This document shows positions 41,162 to 52,142 of a stretch of DNA of 64,000 nt, piece after piece. The notes beneath the pieces were generated by a model. It was not told the origin of the DNA. It worked only from the letters and a program-made list of their open reading frames with translations, and ran no database searches. Source of the stretch: an uncultured delta proteobacterium (GTDB lineage Bacteria > Myxococcota_A > Polyangia > Polyangiales > Polyangiaceae); NCBI GenBank assembly GCA_963850305.1, contig CAWKKR010000008.1, positions 1,536,001 to 1,600,000 of the forward strand, written 5' to 3'. A program made the translations under genes and the position numbers. Positions within the stretch are counted from its first letter, which is position 1, and every line of letters starts with the position of its first letter.

Positions 41162-42996
41162 CGCAATCGACGGTCGCCCGCGCGCGCGACGCGACTCGCA
41201 CCGAGAAGGCTCTCCGGGCCTTCCACGAAGAGGGCGCGATAACGACCTCCTACGACGCCCGCCTGGCCGCGCGGATCTGGCCTTTCCTTCGGCCTTATCA
41301 GAGCCTGCTCTGGCTCTCGGTGGGTCTCGGTGTCGTGATGGCGCTGCTGTCGCTCGTCCGCCCGTACATCATGCGCGTCACGATCGACAAGGGCGCGCTC
41401 GCCAAGGATCCGCACGTTCTCTTCGAGGGCGGACTGGCGTTCGCCATCGTCATCCTCATCGAGCAGGTGTTGAACTTCGTCCAGGTCTACGCGGTACAGA
41501 TCTCGGGCGCGCGCGCGATGACGGATCTGAGGCGGGACGTGTTCACGTTTCTACACGGGCGGCGTCTCGCGTTCTTCGACCGGCAGCCCGTCGGTCGGCT
41601 GGTGACGCGGGTCACGAACGACATCGACGCCATCCTCGAGCTGTTTGCCTCCGGTGCGCTGAATTCCGTGGTCGATCTGATCAAGCTGGTCGGCATCGTC
41701 GTCGTGATGGTCGGGCTCGACTGGCGGCTGTCCTTGATCGGATTTGCCGCGGCGCCGGTCGTCGCCGTTCTCGTGTCGCTGGTGCGGAAAAAGTCGCGCG
41801 ACGCGTACCGGGCGATACGCGCGAAGACTGCCCAGATGAATGCGAACATGAACGAACAGGTCTCGGGCATGGCCGTGGTGCAGGCGTTCTGCCACGAGGA
41901 TGCCGCGGACGCGGAGTTCGACCTCATCAACGCCGAATATCGCGAGGCGAACATCAAGTCGGTCAAGTACGAGGCCGTCCAAGACGCGGCCATCGAGATG
42001 GTCACGGCTGTCTGTCTCGCGTCGATCGTCGTATCGCTCGGATACCGGCCGGTGAGCTTCGGGACGGTCGTCGCCTTCAACGCATATCTCGTCATGTTCT
42101 TCGAGCCCATCAGTGCGCTCGCGCAACGCTACACGCTCCTCCAGAGCGCGATGGCGGGCGCGGAGCGCGTTTTCGGCCTCCTCGATCTGGACGAGGCCGA
42201 CGCGCCGAGAATCGTGGAGCCCTCGGCGGCTCCGGTCGACGACGGCGCGTTCGCCTTCGACCACGTCACGTTCGAGTACAAACCCGGCGTGCCGGTGCTC
42301 TCGGACGTGGGATTTTTGGTGAAACCCGGTGAGAAGGTGGCCGTCGTGGGTCCGACCGGTGCCGGCAAGACGACGCTGGCGTCGCTATTGTTTCGTCTCT
42401 ACGACGCGACCAGCGGCGTCGTTCGTGTCGGCGGACACGACGTGAAGTCGCTGGATCGGCTGGCCCTGCGGCGGAAGTTTGCGGTAGTTCCGCAGGACGT
42501 CTTCTTGTTCCCGGGTACCGTCGCGACGAACATCGCCGTCGGCGATCCCGAGCCGGACCGGGCACGCGTCGAGGACGCGCTGCGGAAGATGGACGCGTAC
42601 GATCTGTTCATGCGCCGCCCGGACGGCATCGACGCCACGGTCGAGGAGCGGGGCGAAAACTTCTCGGCGGGCGAGCGACAGCTCATCGCGTTCGCGCGCG
42701 CCCTCTATCGCGACGCGCCGATCATCGTGCTCGACGAAGCGACGGCGAGCATCGACAGCGACACGGAAGCGCGGATCCAGCACGCGCTCGATGCGCTCAT
42801 GAAGGGGCGCACGTGCCTCATCATCGCGCATCGTCTCAGCACCGTCCGTGCCGCCGACCGTATCCTGGTCTTTCAACGGGGTCGCCTGGCCGAGCAGGGG
42901 ACGCACCAGGAACTCCTTCGACAGGGCGGTCTCTACTCGAAGCTTCACCGCCTGCACTTCGCGCGACAAGAGCCCGGCGTCGAAGGTGCGGCCTAG
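41158..42996 (+). CDS. ABC exporter, fused TMD-NBD, subunit 2
   Basis: 'VGRLVTRVTND', GPTGAGKTT, FSAGERQL, VLDEATASID. GTGA overlap with subunit 1. Confidence 0.93.
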   Translation: MTQSTVARARDATRTEKALRAFHEEGAITTSYDARLAARIWPFLRPYQSLLWLSVGLGVVMALLSLVRPYIMRVTIDKGALAKDPHVLFEGGLAFAIVILIEQVLNFVQVYAVQISGARAMTDLRRDVFTFLHGRRLAFFDRQPVGRLVTRVTNDIDAILELFASGALNSVVDLIKLVGIVVVMVGLDWRLSLIGFAAAPVVAVLVSLVRKKSRDAYRAIRAKTAQMNANMNEQVSGMAVVQAFCHEDAADAEFDLINAEYREANIKSVKYEAVQDAAIEMVTAVCLASIVVSLGYRPVSFGTVVAFNAYLVMFFEPISALAQRYTLLQSAMAGAERVFGLLDLDEADAPRIVEPSAAPVDDGAFAFDHVTFEYKPGVPVLSDVGFLVKPGEKVAVVGPTGAGKTTLASLLFRLYDATSGVVRVGGHDVKSLDRLALRRKFAVVPQDVFLFPGTVATNIAVGDPEPDRARVEDALRKMDAYDLFMRRPDGIDATVEERGENFSAGERQLIAFARALYRDAPIIVLDEATASIDSDTEARIQHALDALMKGRTCLIIAHRLSTVRAADRILVFQRGRLAEQGTHQELLRQGGLYSKLHRLHFARQEPGVEGAA

Positions 42997-43111
42997 ACTA
43001 GCAGTAGTCCCGCATCGACGCGCGCGTCGTCCCCGAGCGACGAAATGCACTCGTTCCCGCGCCCGTCACCGCAACCGGCCCGACTTCCAATCGAGGCTGC
43101 GACGAAACGAG

Positions 43112-43168
43112 CGCGGCACTACGCGAGCGAAGCGAGCCGCGGGGGCAAGGCAGGCAAGACCCCCCCTT
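43112..43168 (-). repeat. REP-like intergenic repeat, copy 3 (inverted)
   Basis: Reverse complement reads AGGGGGGGTCTTG...CCCCCGCGGCTCGCTTCGCTCGCGTAGTGCCGC. Confidence 0.72.
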
Positions 43169-43169
43169 G

Positions 43170-43718
43170 CTAATAATCTCGGGTGCTCGCGTCCGCGGGT
43201 GCCGCGGGAACCGGGTTGGATGCGGTGACGCGAAGCTTGACGTCGGAGCATGTGTCGTTTCGGACGTCGAAGCTCGTCTTCGTCTGGCGTTCGACCGTGA
43301 ATTGATTTCCGGCGGCCGGGGCGGCTCCGCCGCCGAGGCTCGCGTCGTTCGACGTCGCAATCGGGTACGTATCGAACGCAAAGTCCGCGACGACCGATGC
43401 TGGTTGGCCCCCGAGGTCTTCCTCGAAGCGATACGTGCGGCCCGGCGGAAAGGGCAGAAAGGGTCCGCCGGGTCCGGAGCTCTCGTAAAAGGCGGCCGGG
43501 GTCCCCGCGTAGTAGGTGGTGCCACCCCTGAACACGATGGGAGGCTGGTTCGGGTCCCGATCGCATTGAGTGCCGCAGCCCGCGGTCGCAGCGAGGAGGG
43601 CCGCCAGCGTCGCGAGCGCGAAAACTCGAGCCCCGGAGCGCGCGGTTTCGATGAACGCAGGCAAGGCGCGCGGAGCATAAGGCGCGGCTTGCCCGCAGAT
43701 CAACGTGGGCCGTGGCAT
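43170..43718 (-). CDS. Hypothetical lipoprotein
   Basis: Hydrophobic segment 'VFALATLAALLAATAGC' followed by a beta-rich domain. Start uncertain. Confidence 0.6.
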   Translation of the reverse strand: MPRPTLICGQAAPYAPRALPAFIETARSGARVFALATLAALLAATAGCGTQCDRDPNQPPIVFRGGTTYYAGTPAAFYESSGPGGPFLPFPPGRTYRFEEDLGGQPASVVADFAFDTYPIATSNDASLGGGAAPAAGNQFTVERQTKTSFDVRNDTCSDVKLRVTASNPVPAAPADASTRDY

Positions 43719-43748
43719 CGCCGCGGTTTCACGATACGTTTTGGCCGA

Positions 43749-45260
43749 ATGGCGGCCGGAAAGGTTTGGCTCGTGGGCGCCGGCCCAGGCGACCCATCCC
43801 TGCTCACGGTCGCCGGCGTCGCGGCCCTGGGGCGTGCGGATGTCGTGCTCTACGACGCGCTCTCGCATCCGGCGCTCCTCGAGCTCGCTCGATCGGGCGC
43901 TGAGCTTCGTAGTGTGGGCAAGAGAGGGGGTCAGAAGAATCCCTCGCAGTCGTGGATCACCGAGGAGCTGATTCTCCTCGCGCGCGCGGGCAAGGCGGTC
44001 GTCCGGTTGAAGGGTGGGGATCCGCTGCTCTTCGCGCGCGGCGCGGAAGAAGCGGAAGCGCTTGCGGACGCCGGAATAGAATTCGAGATCGTGCCGGGTC
44101 TTGCGTCGCCAATGGCCGTCGCGGCGTACGCCGGCATTCCCCTGACGCACCGTGATCTGTCGTCGAGCGTGACGCTCATCACCGGAAGCGACCGCGAAGG
44201 CGTGGAATGGACTCCGGACGCCTGGCGCAAGCTCGCGACCGCGACGGACACCATCTGCATCCTCATGGGGATGCGCCGTCTCGGCGAGATTGCAGACGCC
44301 ATCGTGCATGGAGGACGGCCAGCCGAGACGCCCGTGGCCGTGGTTCAGTGGGGCGCGCGGCCCGAGCAGCGCGTCCTGGTTACGACCCTCGGCGATGTCG
44401 CCGCTGCGGTGAAGCGCGAGGGCCTCTCGAATCCAGCCATCGTCGTGGTGGGGGAGGTCGTTCGACTGCGCGAGAAGATCCGCTGGTACGACAACCGCCC
44501 GCTGTTCGGAAAACGTCTCCTCGTGCCGCGCGCGGCGCAGCAGGCTCGAGAGACGGCGATCGCCGTTCGCGCACGGGGTGCCGAGCCCGTGATCTTTCCG
44601 GTCATCGAGCTCGGCGATCCTCCGGACCCGGGGCCGCTCGAGCGCGCTGTCCGTTCACTGTCGTCCTATGACTGGGTGCTCTTCACCAGCGCCAACGGCG
44701 TGGCGCGCTTCTTCACCGCGCTCGGTGCGGCGGGTCTCGACGCGCGCGCCTTCGGAACGGCGCGCATCGCCGTGATCGGGCCGGGCACCGCGGCCGCCCT
44801 TGCCGCGCAGGGTCTTCGCGCGGACGTCGTCGCCAAGGAGTTCGTCGGCGAGGGTCTGTCGGCAGAGGTGCTCGCGAGGGGTGCGCGTCGCGCGTTGATT
44901 CCTCGCGCGCTCGTTGCCCGCGACGCGCTCCCCGAAGCGTTACGCGCCGCGGGAACCGTCGTCGATGTCGTTCCCGTCTACGCCACGAAGACCGTATCGG
45001 CTGAACGCCGGGCGGCGCTCGTCCAGGAGTTCGAGGCGGGTGGCATCGACGTCGTCCCGTTCACGTCGAGCTCCACCGTTCAAGGGGTGGTCGAGCTCCT
45101 CGGCGCCCGGGCCGTCCCGCTTCTCGCCGGCGTGGTCGTCGCCGCGATCGGCCCGATCACCGCCTCCGCACTGCGCGACAGGGGCATCCGGATCGACGTG
45201 CAAGCGAGCGAGTACACCGTTCCCGGCCTGCTCGATGCCGTCGAGAAGTACTTCGGGTAA
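43749..45260 (+). CDS. cobA: Uroporphyrinogen-III C-methyltransferase / uroporphyrinogen-III synthase fusion (CobA-HemD)
   Basis: 'VWLVGAGPGDP', 'VRLKGGDP', 'PLTHR'; HemD part 'RPLFGKR', 'FTSANGV', 'FTSSSTV', 'AIGPITA'. Confidence 0.93.
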   Translation: MAAGKVWLVGAGPGDPSLLTVAGVAALGRADVVLYDALSHPALLELARSGAELRSVGKRGGQKNPSQSWITEELILLARAGKAVVRLKGGDPLLFARGAEEAEALADAGIEFEIVPGLASPMAVAAYAGIPLTHRDLSSSVTLITGSDREGVEWTPDAWRKLATATDTICILMGMRRLGEIADAIVHGGRPAETPVAVVQWGARPEQRVLVTTLGDVAAAVKREGLSNPAIVVVGEVVRLREKIRWYDNRPLFGKRLLVPRAAQQARETAIAVRARGAEPVIFPVIELGDPPDPGPLERAVRSLSSYDWVLFTSANGVARFFTALGAAGLDARAFGTARIAVIGPGTAAALAAQGLRADVVAKEFVGEGLSAEVLARGARRALIPRALVARDALPEALRAAGTVVDVVPVYATKTVSAERRAALVQEFEAGGIDVVPFTSSSTVQGVVELLGARAVPLLAGVVVAAIGPITASALRDRGIRIDVQASEYTVPGLLDAVEKYFG

Positions 45261-45274
45261 ATGGATGAGCCCGC

Positions 45275-48181
45275 TCAGAACTCGATGCGCGCGACCGTGA
45301 ACTTGTTGTCGAGCGTGCGGTTCGTGATCTCCGTGAAGCTCTTCGGCTGGCCGAGTTCTCGCTTCAACGAGCCGATCCGCCCGGTTTCCGTGACGAAGTA
45401 CACGCGCCGGATGCCGTGCTTCTTCTGTTCGTCGACCCACTGCGTGAATCGTTCTCCGGATGAAACGAACGCCGGCACCTTGTTGCTGGTGTAGAAGTTC
45501 TCGCCCTTCCAGTTCATCTGGTACGCGACGAACGGCTGGTTCGGATTCGTTCGATCCCGGTAATAGGCGAGCGTGGTTTCACGCTGTCCCCAGTGGGGAG
45601 CGACGTTGTAGAAGTAAATGTCGATGCCCCACGCCGTCCAGACGGCGCCCGCGACGAAGAACAGGAGCATCGCGTGGGCGCGCCACCGGTTCACGGCGAG
45701 ACCGAGCGACAGTAGCGCCGCGGCGATCGTGAACCCCACGAGCGCTCCCGAGAAGTCGAGCGTGTCGGGCCACGGGCGACTGTAGTTGTACGTGAAGAGG
45801 TTCATCAGACGAAGCTGGCCCGGCAGGGCCGAACCCGGCGCGCCGCTGAACAGATCGCGACCGACGAGGCCCACGACGACGGCCGACGCGATGCCCAGCA
45901 CGGCGAGCATCGAGGCGTCGTAGCGTGCTCGAGGGTCCGCGCTCGGGGTCTCTCGCTCCGCGAAGCGACGCACGATCGCGATCACGATCGCCACACCCAT
46001 CACGATGCAAGCGACGCCGAGCGCCTTCGACGGCGGGTGACCGGTATACGCCGCGCCGTCCAGCTTGCTCGGGAACAGGCGCGCGATTCCGTAAACGAAG
46101 ACGAGGACGCCGAGGGTCCCGCCCGCGAGGTACCGCGGGAGCTTTCCCGCCCGGACCGGTATCGACTCACCGAGGAATCGGTTCGCGAGCACCGCCGCGA
46201 GTACGGCAATCGCGGGCACCAGCGGAAGGATGTAGTGATGGAACTTGGTCAGCGTGATCGTGAACATCCCGAACGCGGCCAGGAACCACACCATCATCAT
46301 CGACGCCGCTTCGCCGTGGCGGTCGCGCGAGACGTCCGAGCGGCGAAGCCACCAGAGGAGTCCGCCCGCGCCGAGACCCGTCCAGGGAAACAGCCCATAC
46401 CCGAGCTGCCAGACGTAATAACGGAAGCTCACATCGTCGCCCTGATTGGTGTCGTGCACGTGCTCGAACGCGCGCTTGTACATGTCGTGCATGATCAGCC
46501 GGTCGATGAACGGCGGACCGTGGCGCATGAACATCTGCACGTACCAGGGAAGTCCGACGCACGCCCCGACGAGCACCAGCGCCCCGAGCTCGAGTCGCGG
46601 CAGTTCGCTCCAGCGCCGTGTGACGGCGACGAAACCGAAAGCTGCCACGATCGGCAGGACCAGCCCGGGCGCGCCCTTGCCCATCATGCTGAGCGACATG
46701 AAATACCAGGCGCCGATGAAGTACGCTCGCTTGAGCCGCTGCTCGTGTCGCTCGACGTAGAGGAAAATGCCGGCGACGGTGCTCCAGAGCACGGCGGCTC
46801 CCATCGGCCATAGCTGCGGGTTCACCGCGTGGTCGGGGCGACACGCCTCGTTACCGGGAAGGCCGCAGTTGCCGCCGCCCGAGCCGGCGAAGAACTCGTC
46901 CATGTGGAAGCGGAAGCCCATCATCGTCGGACGGAGGTGGAGCGTCAGGTTCCGCGAAGCGAGGTACAGCACCTGCGGCAACACGCTCACGATGACCGCG
47001 CCGAGTACGAGGTGCATCGCGGAAACGCGGAACACCCTCGAGCCGATGCGAAGCTCGGTGAGACGCACGCGTTGCTCCGGGTCCGTGACGAAGCCGAGCA
47101 ACAGCAGCGACATCGCCGCGGTGAGCGGACCCGTGTAGGGCATGTCCGTCATCGTCTGGTGCGACAGGAAGAACCAGTACGGCATCGTCGTCAGGAGGAC
47201 GCCTGCCAGGAAGCCCGTCCGCCGCCCGAAGACGCGCGCCACGCTGCGGTAGAGCGCATAGACGCCGAGGATCGTGATGAGAAAGACGGGCATCCGCGCC
47301 GCCCATTCGGGCTGCGGAAAGAGGCCGTGGCTCGCGGCTCCGAGCATCTGGTCCGGCATGTACTTCACGCCGAGCAGCGAGAAGCTCATCGCCTGGATCC
47401 AGAAGTCGAGCACCGGTTTCGACCAGAACCAGCCGTCCTGCGCCCACCAGGTGGAGATCCAGTCGTCGCGGGCGAGCATCTCGCGCGACACCTCCCCGTA
47501 GTGTGTCTCCCAGGGATCGGTCAGCGAGTAGCTGCCCAGGAGCGGCAGATACAGCAGCACGATCAGCAGGATGAGCCAGAAGCCGTGACGCTCGAACAGG
47601 CTCCTGTCTCTGCCGTCTTCCTCGCGGAACGCACCGACGGAGCGTCCGAGACGATAGAACGCGCCGACGCAGCACATGAAGACCGACGGCACGAGGATCG
47701 CCGTGGTCACGATCTGCTTCGGGAGCACGCCCGCGACCGCCAGCGCCAGGATCACGAACAGGACCGTCACGGCGATGCCGAACTCGCCGAGCCGCTTGAA
47801 GAGGGTTCGCGCTTCCGTGTGGAAGGCGACGCGGGCTTCATCTCCGTCGAACGCACCCATGGCATCGAGGATGCCGAGCGCGGAGACGACGCACGCGATG
47901 AACCCTATCGGGATGCTGAAGCGCCAGTGGCGCTCCGTGCACATGATGAGAAAAGGGATGGCTGCCGCCGCGGCCGCGACGAGCCCCGAGACGCCCCGGC
48001 GGGCAATGTCGTGCCGAGGCAACTTCGCGCTCGTCGGACCTTTCCGTTCCGCGGCGTCACGATTCGTCGCGTCCGGCCGGCTCGCAACGGGACCGGCACC
48101 GCTCGGCGCGTCTTCGGTGCGGCCGCCTTCGGTCGAAGAGGGTGCGTCCGAGCTCACCGCTCGCGCCGTATCGTCCGCCAT
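45275..48181 (-). CDS. ArnT/PMT-family (GT-C fold) polytopic glycosyltransferase
   Basis: 'LTDPWETHYGEVSREM', 'FWSKPVL', 'EWAARMP', 'TKFHHYILP'; many TM segments. Confidence 0.85.
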   Translation of the reverse strand: MADDTARAVSSDAPSSTEGGRTEDAPSGAGPVASRPDATNRDAAERKGPTSAKLPRHDIARRGVSGLVAAAAAAIPFLIMCTERHWRFSIPIGFIACVVSALGILDAMGAFDGDEARVAFHTEARTLFKRLGEFGIAVTVLFVILALAVAGVLPKQIVTTAILVPSVFMCCVGAFYRLGRSVGAFREEDGRDRSLFERHGFWLILLIVLLYLPLLGSYSLTDPWETHYGEVSREMLARDDWISTWWAQDGWFWSKPVLDFWIQAMSFSLLGVKYMPDQMLGAASHGLFPQPEWAARMPVFLITILGVYALYRSVARVFGRRTGFLAGVLLTTMPYWFFLSHQTMTDMPYTGPLTAAMSLLLLGFVTDPEQRVRLTELRIGSRVFRVSAMHLVLGAVIVSVLPQVLYLASRNLTLHLRPTMMGFRFHMDEFFAGSGGGNCGLPGNEACRPDHAVNPQLWPMGAAVLWSTVAGIFLYVERHEQRLKRAYFIGAWYFMSLSMMGKGAPGLVLPIVAAFGFVAVTRRWSELPRLELGALVLVGACVGLPWYVQMFMRHGPPFIDRLIMHDMYKRAFEHVHDTNQGDDVSFRYYVWQLGYGLFPWTGLGAGGLLWWLRRSDVSRDRHGEAASMMMVWFLAAFGMFTITLTKFHHYILPLVPAIAVLAAVLANRFLGESIPVRAGKLPRYLAGGTLGVLVFVYGIARLFPSKLDGAAYTGHPPSKALGVACIVMGVAIVIAIVRRFAERETPSADPRARYDASMLAVLGIASAVVVGLVGRDLFSGAPGSALPGQLRLMNLFTYNYSRPWPDTLDFSGALVGFTIAAALLSLGLAVNRWRAHAMLLFFVAGAVWTAWGIDIYFYNVAPHWGQRETTLAYYRDRTNPNQPFVAYQMNWKGENFYTSNKVPAFVSSGERFTQWVDEQKKHGIRRVYFVTETGRIGSLKRELGQPKSFTEITNRTLDNKFTVARIEF

Positions 48182-48270
48182 GGGGCGGCCCGTTCTTCGC
48201 ATTTCTCGGGGGGGTGCGCCAGCACGGAGTCACGCGCGGGCACGGCATTTCTTCCGTCGAGAAGTCCGGT

Positions 48271-51090
48271 TCAGCGGCTTTTCAGCTCATCGACGAGTCC
48301 GCGTTCGTCTTCCAGACGGTCGCGCTGGCGCTCGAGCGCCGCCTTCTGCTCGCGCGCCTGCAGAACGACGTCCGCGGGTGCGTTATTCGTGAACTTGGGA
48401 TCGAGGAGCCGCTTTTCGAGGACCGGCAGGTCCTTGTCGATCTTCTTCAGCGTCCGCTCGATGCGCTCGCTTTCCTTGTCCGCGTCGACCAGGCCCTTCA
48501 ACCCGACCAGCACTTCCACGTCGTTGACGACGGACGGGACGAAACCGGGCGGACGACCGCCTTGCCCTTCGATCGCGGGCGCGCCGTCGGTCTTGACCAG
48601 TGTAGCGATGGCGCGCGCTTCTCGTGCGAGGAGCGCTTTCACGATCGCATCGGGTGTCCGGAGCACGAGTGGAACGGCGGCCCCCGGATGCACGTCGTGC
48701 TCGCTCCGTATCGCGCGAGCCGCGGACACGATCTCCAGTACGAGCGTCATCTCTCGCTCCGCGACTGCGTCGGCACGGCCGTCCGCGCTCGTCGGATAGG
48801 GAGCCAACGCGATCGTCTCGGGTCGCGAAGCGGGCTTCGGCACGCGCTGCCAGAGCTCCTCCGTCATGAACGGGATGTACGGATGCAGCGCGCGAAGCGC
48901 CGTCTCGATCACGTGCGCGAACGTGTCGCGCGTCTCGAAGCGATCTTCATCCGGACCGTTCGCGAAGATGGGCTTCGTCAGCTCGAGGTAGCCGCTGCAG
49001 AGCTCGTCCCAGAAGAAGTGGTAGAGCGCCTGCGAGGCTTCGTCGAGGCGGAAAGCGTCGATGCCCGTCGTGCTCGCCTCCACGGCGCTCGCGAGCCGCG
49101 AGAAAATCCAGCGATTCACGAGCAGCTTCGGCGACGCGGGCGGTGCGCCCGTGAGCGCCGCGCCCTCGACGTTGCCGAGCGCGAAGCGGATCGCGTTGTA
49201 GACCTTGTTGCAGAAGTGCCGGTATCCCTCGATCCGCTTCGGCGAGAGCGCGATGCGGCGCGCCTGGGGAGAATAACTGCACAGCGTGAGGCGCACCGCG
49301 TCCGCGCCGTAAGCCGGGAAGCCCTTCCCCATCTGCGCGGCCGACGGATAAGCCTTCTTGAACTTCGCGAACGCTTCCTCGACGCGGCGCGCCGGGCAGG
49401 GCTTTTTGCACGACCGAGTCGAAGTCCGCGCCGTGGATGAGATCGAGCGGGTCGATCGACGTTGCCCTTCACCTTGCTCATCTTCTCGCCGGTCTCGTCG
49501 ACGACGAGTCCGTTCAGGAGGACGCGCCGGAACGGCACTTCGCCCATGAAGTGGAGCCCCATCATCATCATGCGCGCGACCCAGAAGAAGAGGATGTCGT
49601 AGCCGGTCTCGACATGTCGCTCGCCGGGTAGAAGCTTCGCGAGCGCCGGCGTCTCGTCGGGCCAGCCGAGCGTCGAGAACGGCCAGAGCCCGCTCGAGAA
49701 CCAGGTGTCGAGCACGTCGGGATCCTGCTCCACCCGCGCGCTCCCGCACTCCTCGCAGCTTGCCACCGACTCTTCTCGCGTGACCATGTAATGCGAGCAG
49801 TCCTTGCAGTGGAACGCCGGGATCCGGTGGCCCCACCAGAGCTGGCGCGAGATGCACCAGTCCAGGATGTTCGCGAGGAAGTGGTCGTACGTCTTCACCC
49901 ACTCTTCGGGAAGGATCGCGTCCGGCCGTCCTTGACGGCGGCGAGCGCGGGTCCGGCGAGCGGCTCCATCTTCACGAACCACTGCGTCGAGATCATCGGC
50001 TCGACCACGCGTCCCGAGCGCTGGCACCGCGGCAGCGTCAGCTGGTGCGGCTTCGTGCCGCGCGCGAGGCCGAGCTCTGTCGAGCGCCTTCTTCACCGCC
50101 TTCCGCGCCTGGAAGCGGTCGAGCCCTGCGAACTGCCCGCCGACGGCGTTCATCGTGCCGTCGAGGTTCAGGATGTTGATCTCCTCGAGCCCGTGGCGCT
50201 TGCCGGTCGCGAAGTCGTTGAAGTCGTGCGCCGGCGTCACCTTCACCGCGCCGGTGCCGAAGTTCATGTCGACGAGGATCGCGTCGGTGATGATCGGGAT
50301 CTCGCGGCCCGAGAACGGATGGACGGAGCTTCTTGCCGTGGAGATGCCTGTAGCGCGGATCGTCGGGGTGCACGGCGACCGCGGTGTCGCCGAGCATCGT
50401 CTCGGGGCGCGTCGTGGCGACGACGAGTTCCGTCGCTCCCGCGCTCGCGTCGGCGTCCGTCGACGGGATAGGCGAACTCGAACAGCTCGCCCGTTGGCGT
50501 TCTCTTCGTTCTCGACCTCGAGGTCGGAGAGCGACCGTCTGCGCCTCGACATCCAGTTGATGAGCCGCGTCGCGCGGTAGATGAGCCCTTCCTCGTGGAG
50601 CCGCACGAACGCCTCGCGCACCGCGCGCGACAGGTCCGGGTCCATCGTGAACTTCATGCGGTCCCAGTCGGCCGAGCAGCCGAGCACTGCGCTGCTCGAG
50701 CGATGCGCCCGCCGCTCTCGTTGCTTCCACGCCCCACACGCGCTCGAGGAACGCCTCGCGTCCGAGGTCGTGCCGCGTCTTGCCCTCGCGCTTGAGCTGC
50801 CGCTCGACGACGGTCTGCGTCGCGATGCCGGCGTGGTCGATCCCGGGCTGCCAGAGCACGTTGTAGCCGCGCATGCGCTGGTGGCGCACGAGCACGTCCT
50901 CGATCGTCCCGAACAGCGCGTGGCCCATGTGGAGCGACCCCGTCACGTTCGGCGGCGGCATCGGGATGACGTAGGTCGGTCGGGCGTCATCCGGGGCGAC
51001 GCTGGCTCGAAATACGCCTCGGTCCGCCCAGAACGCGAACCAGCGAGCTTCGACCTCGGCCGGCTCGTACGCTTTCGGCAGTTCGTCCAT
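48271..51090 (-). CDS. valS: Valine--tRNA ligase, broken by numerous apparent frameshifts between about 49380 and 50730
   Basis: 'PPPNVTGSLHMGHA' (HIGH), 'DHAGIATQ', 'ATTRPETMLGD', 'GTGAVKVTPAHD', 'DWCISRQLWWGH', 'DVLDTWFSS', KMSK, C-terminal coiled coil. Confidence 0.95.
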
Positions 51091-51147
51091 CGGGGCGAGA
51101 AGCTAGGGCGCTTTCTGCTCCCAGGGAATGGACTTCTCGTGCGCTCT

Positions 51148-52012
51148 CTACTCGCTCGTCAGCCGGCGTAGCTCTTCTTTGATGAGCGTCTCCGCGAGAA
51201 CCGGGACGACTTCCCACACGACCCGTTCGACCACTTCGCGCGAAAGCGCGAGGACACCATCGACCTGTGTCGGAGTGAGACCGAGAGCCTCCAGCTTGCC
51301 GCCGAGCTGGCCGTTGCCCGCCGCTACGGCCGAAGCGACGGCGCCCGCTGCTGCTGCTGGAGCCGTCGCGGGCGTGACCTTGGCTGGAACCGCTTGCCTC
51401 GCCGGAACCTGCGGGACGACCGAATCCGCCTGAATGGGCAAGGCGTGGACCCGCAGCGGAGACCCCGGGCTTCGGCGTGGCCGCGGGCGTTCCCGTGAGT
51501 GTTCTCGTGGCGGCTGCTGGCGCCGCCGGGCTCGGCGCGGGCTGGGTGGCCGCGACGGTGCCGTATGCGAGCGTCTGGGTTCGGGCCCGCTCGGCGGCCA
51601 GCACCGAGGCCGGCGGCGCGACGGCTTGCGGTGCGACGGCTGCGGCACGGGGCTGGCTCAACACCTGCCCGACCTTGTCGAGCAGCTTCTGCGTGTCGAA
51701 CGGCTTGTCCATGAAGTCATCGACGCCGGTCGCAGCGCCGCGCGCCTTGTCGTAAGGAGCGAGCTTGCTCGAGAGGATCAGAATCGCCACGCTGGGCACG
51801 GCGGACTTGAGCTCGCGGGCCAGGTCATAGCCGCTCATGTCCGGGAGCGTGTGATCGAGGAGGACGAGGTTCGGACGCTGGGCCTTCGCGAGCGCCAGCG
51901 CTTCCTGGCCGCTCGAGGCGAGGATGGTCTTGAAATTTTCGCCAGCGAAGGTGATTTCGAGCACCTTCCGCATCGTGACGCTGTCGTCTACTGCCAACAG
52001 AGTGGTCGTCAC
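51148..52012 (-). CDS. romR: RomR-like response regulator (receiver, Pro/Ala linker, conserved C-terminus); apparent frameshift near 51455
   Basis: 'LLAVDDSVTMRKVLEITFAGE' and C-terminus 'LSREVVERVVWEVVPVLAETLIKEELRRL'. Immediately upstream of valS, as in Myxococcus. Confidence 0.82.
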
Positions 52013-52142
52013 AGGGCGCCTCCGCGAGAGAACGGCATCATCAGTTTGTTACCCGAGATCTGTCAAGGTTTGGCCGGGCGCGCTTCCCGGCTCCAGAAAC
52101 GCCATACTAAGCCACCTTCCGTCGATACCGGCAGTGAATTAC

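Noticed and set aside
43167..43748. N-terminal extension of CobA-HemD in the 697-aa ORF
   Set aside because: CobA homology begins at the ATG at 43749; the upstream part is antisense to a lipoprotein gene.
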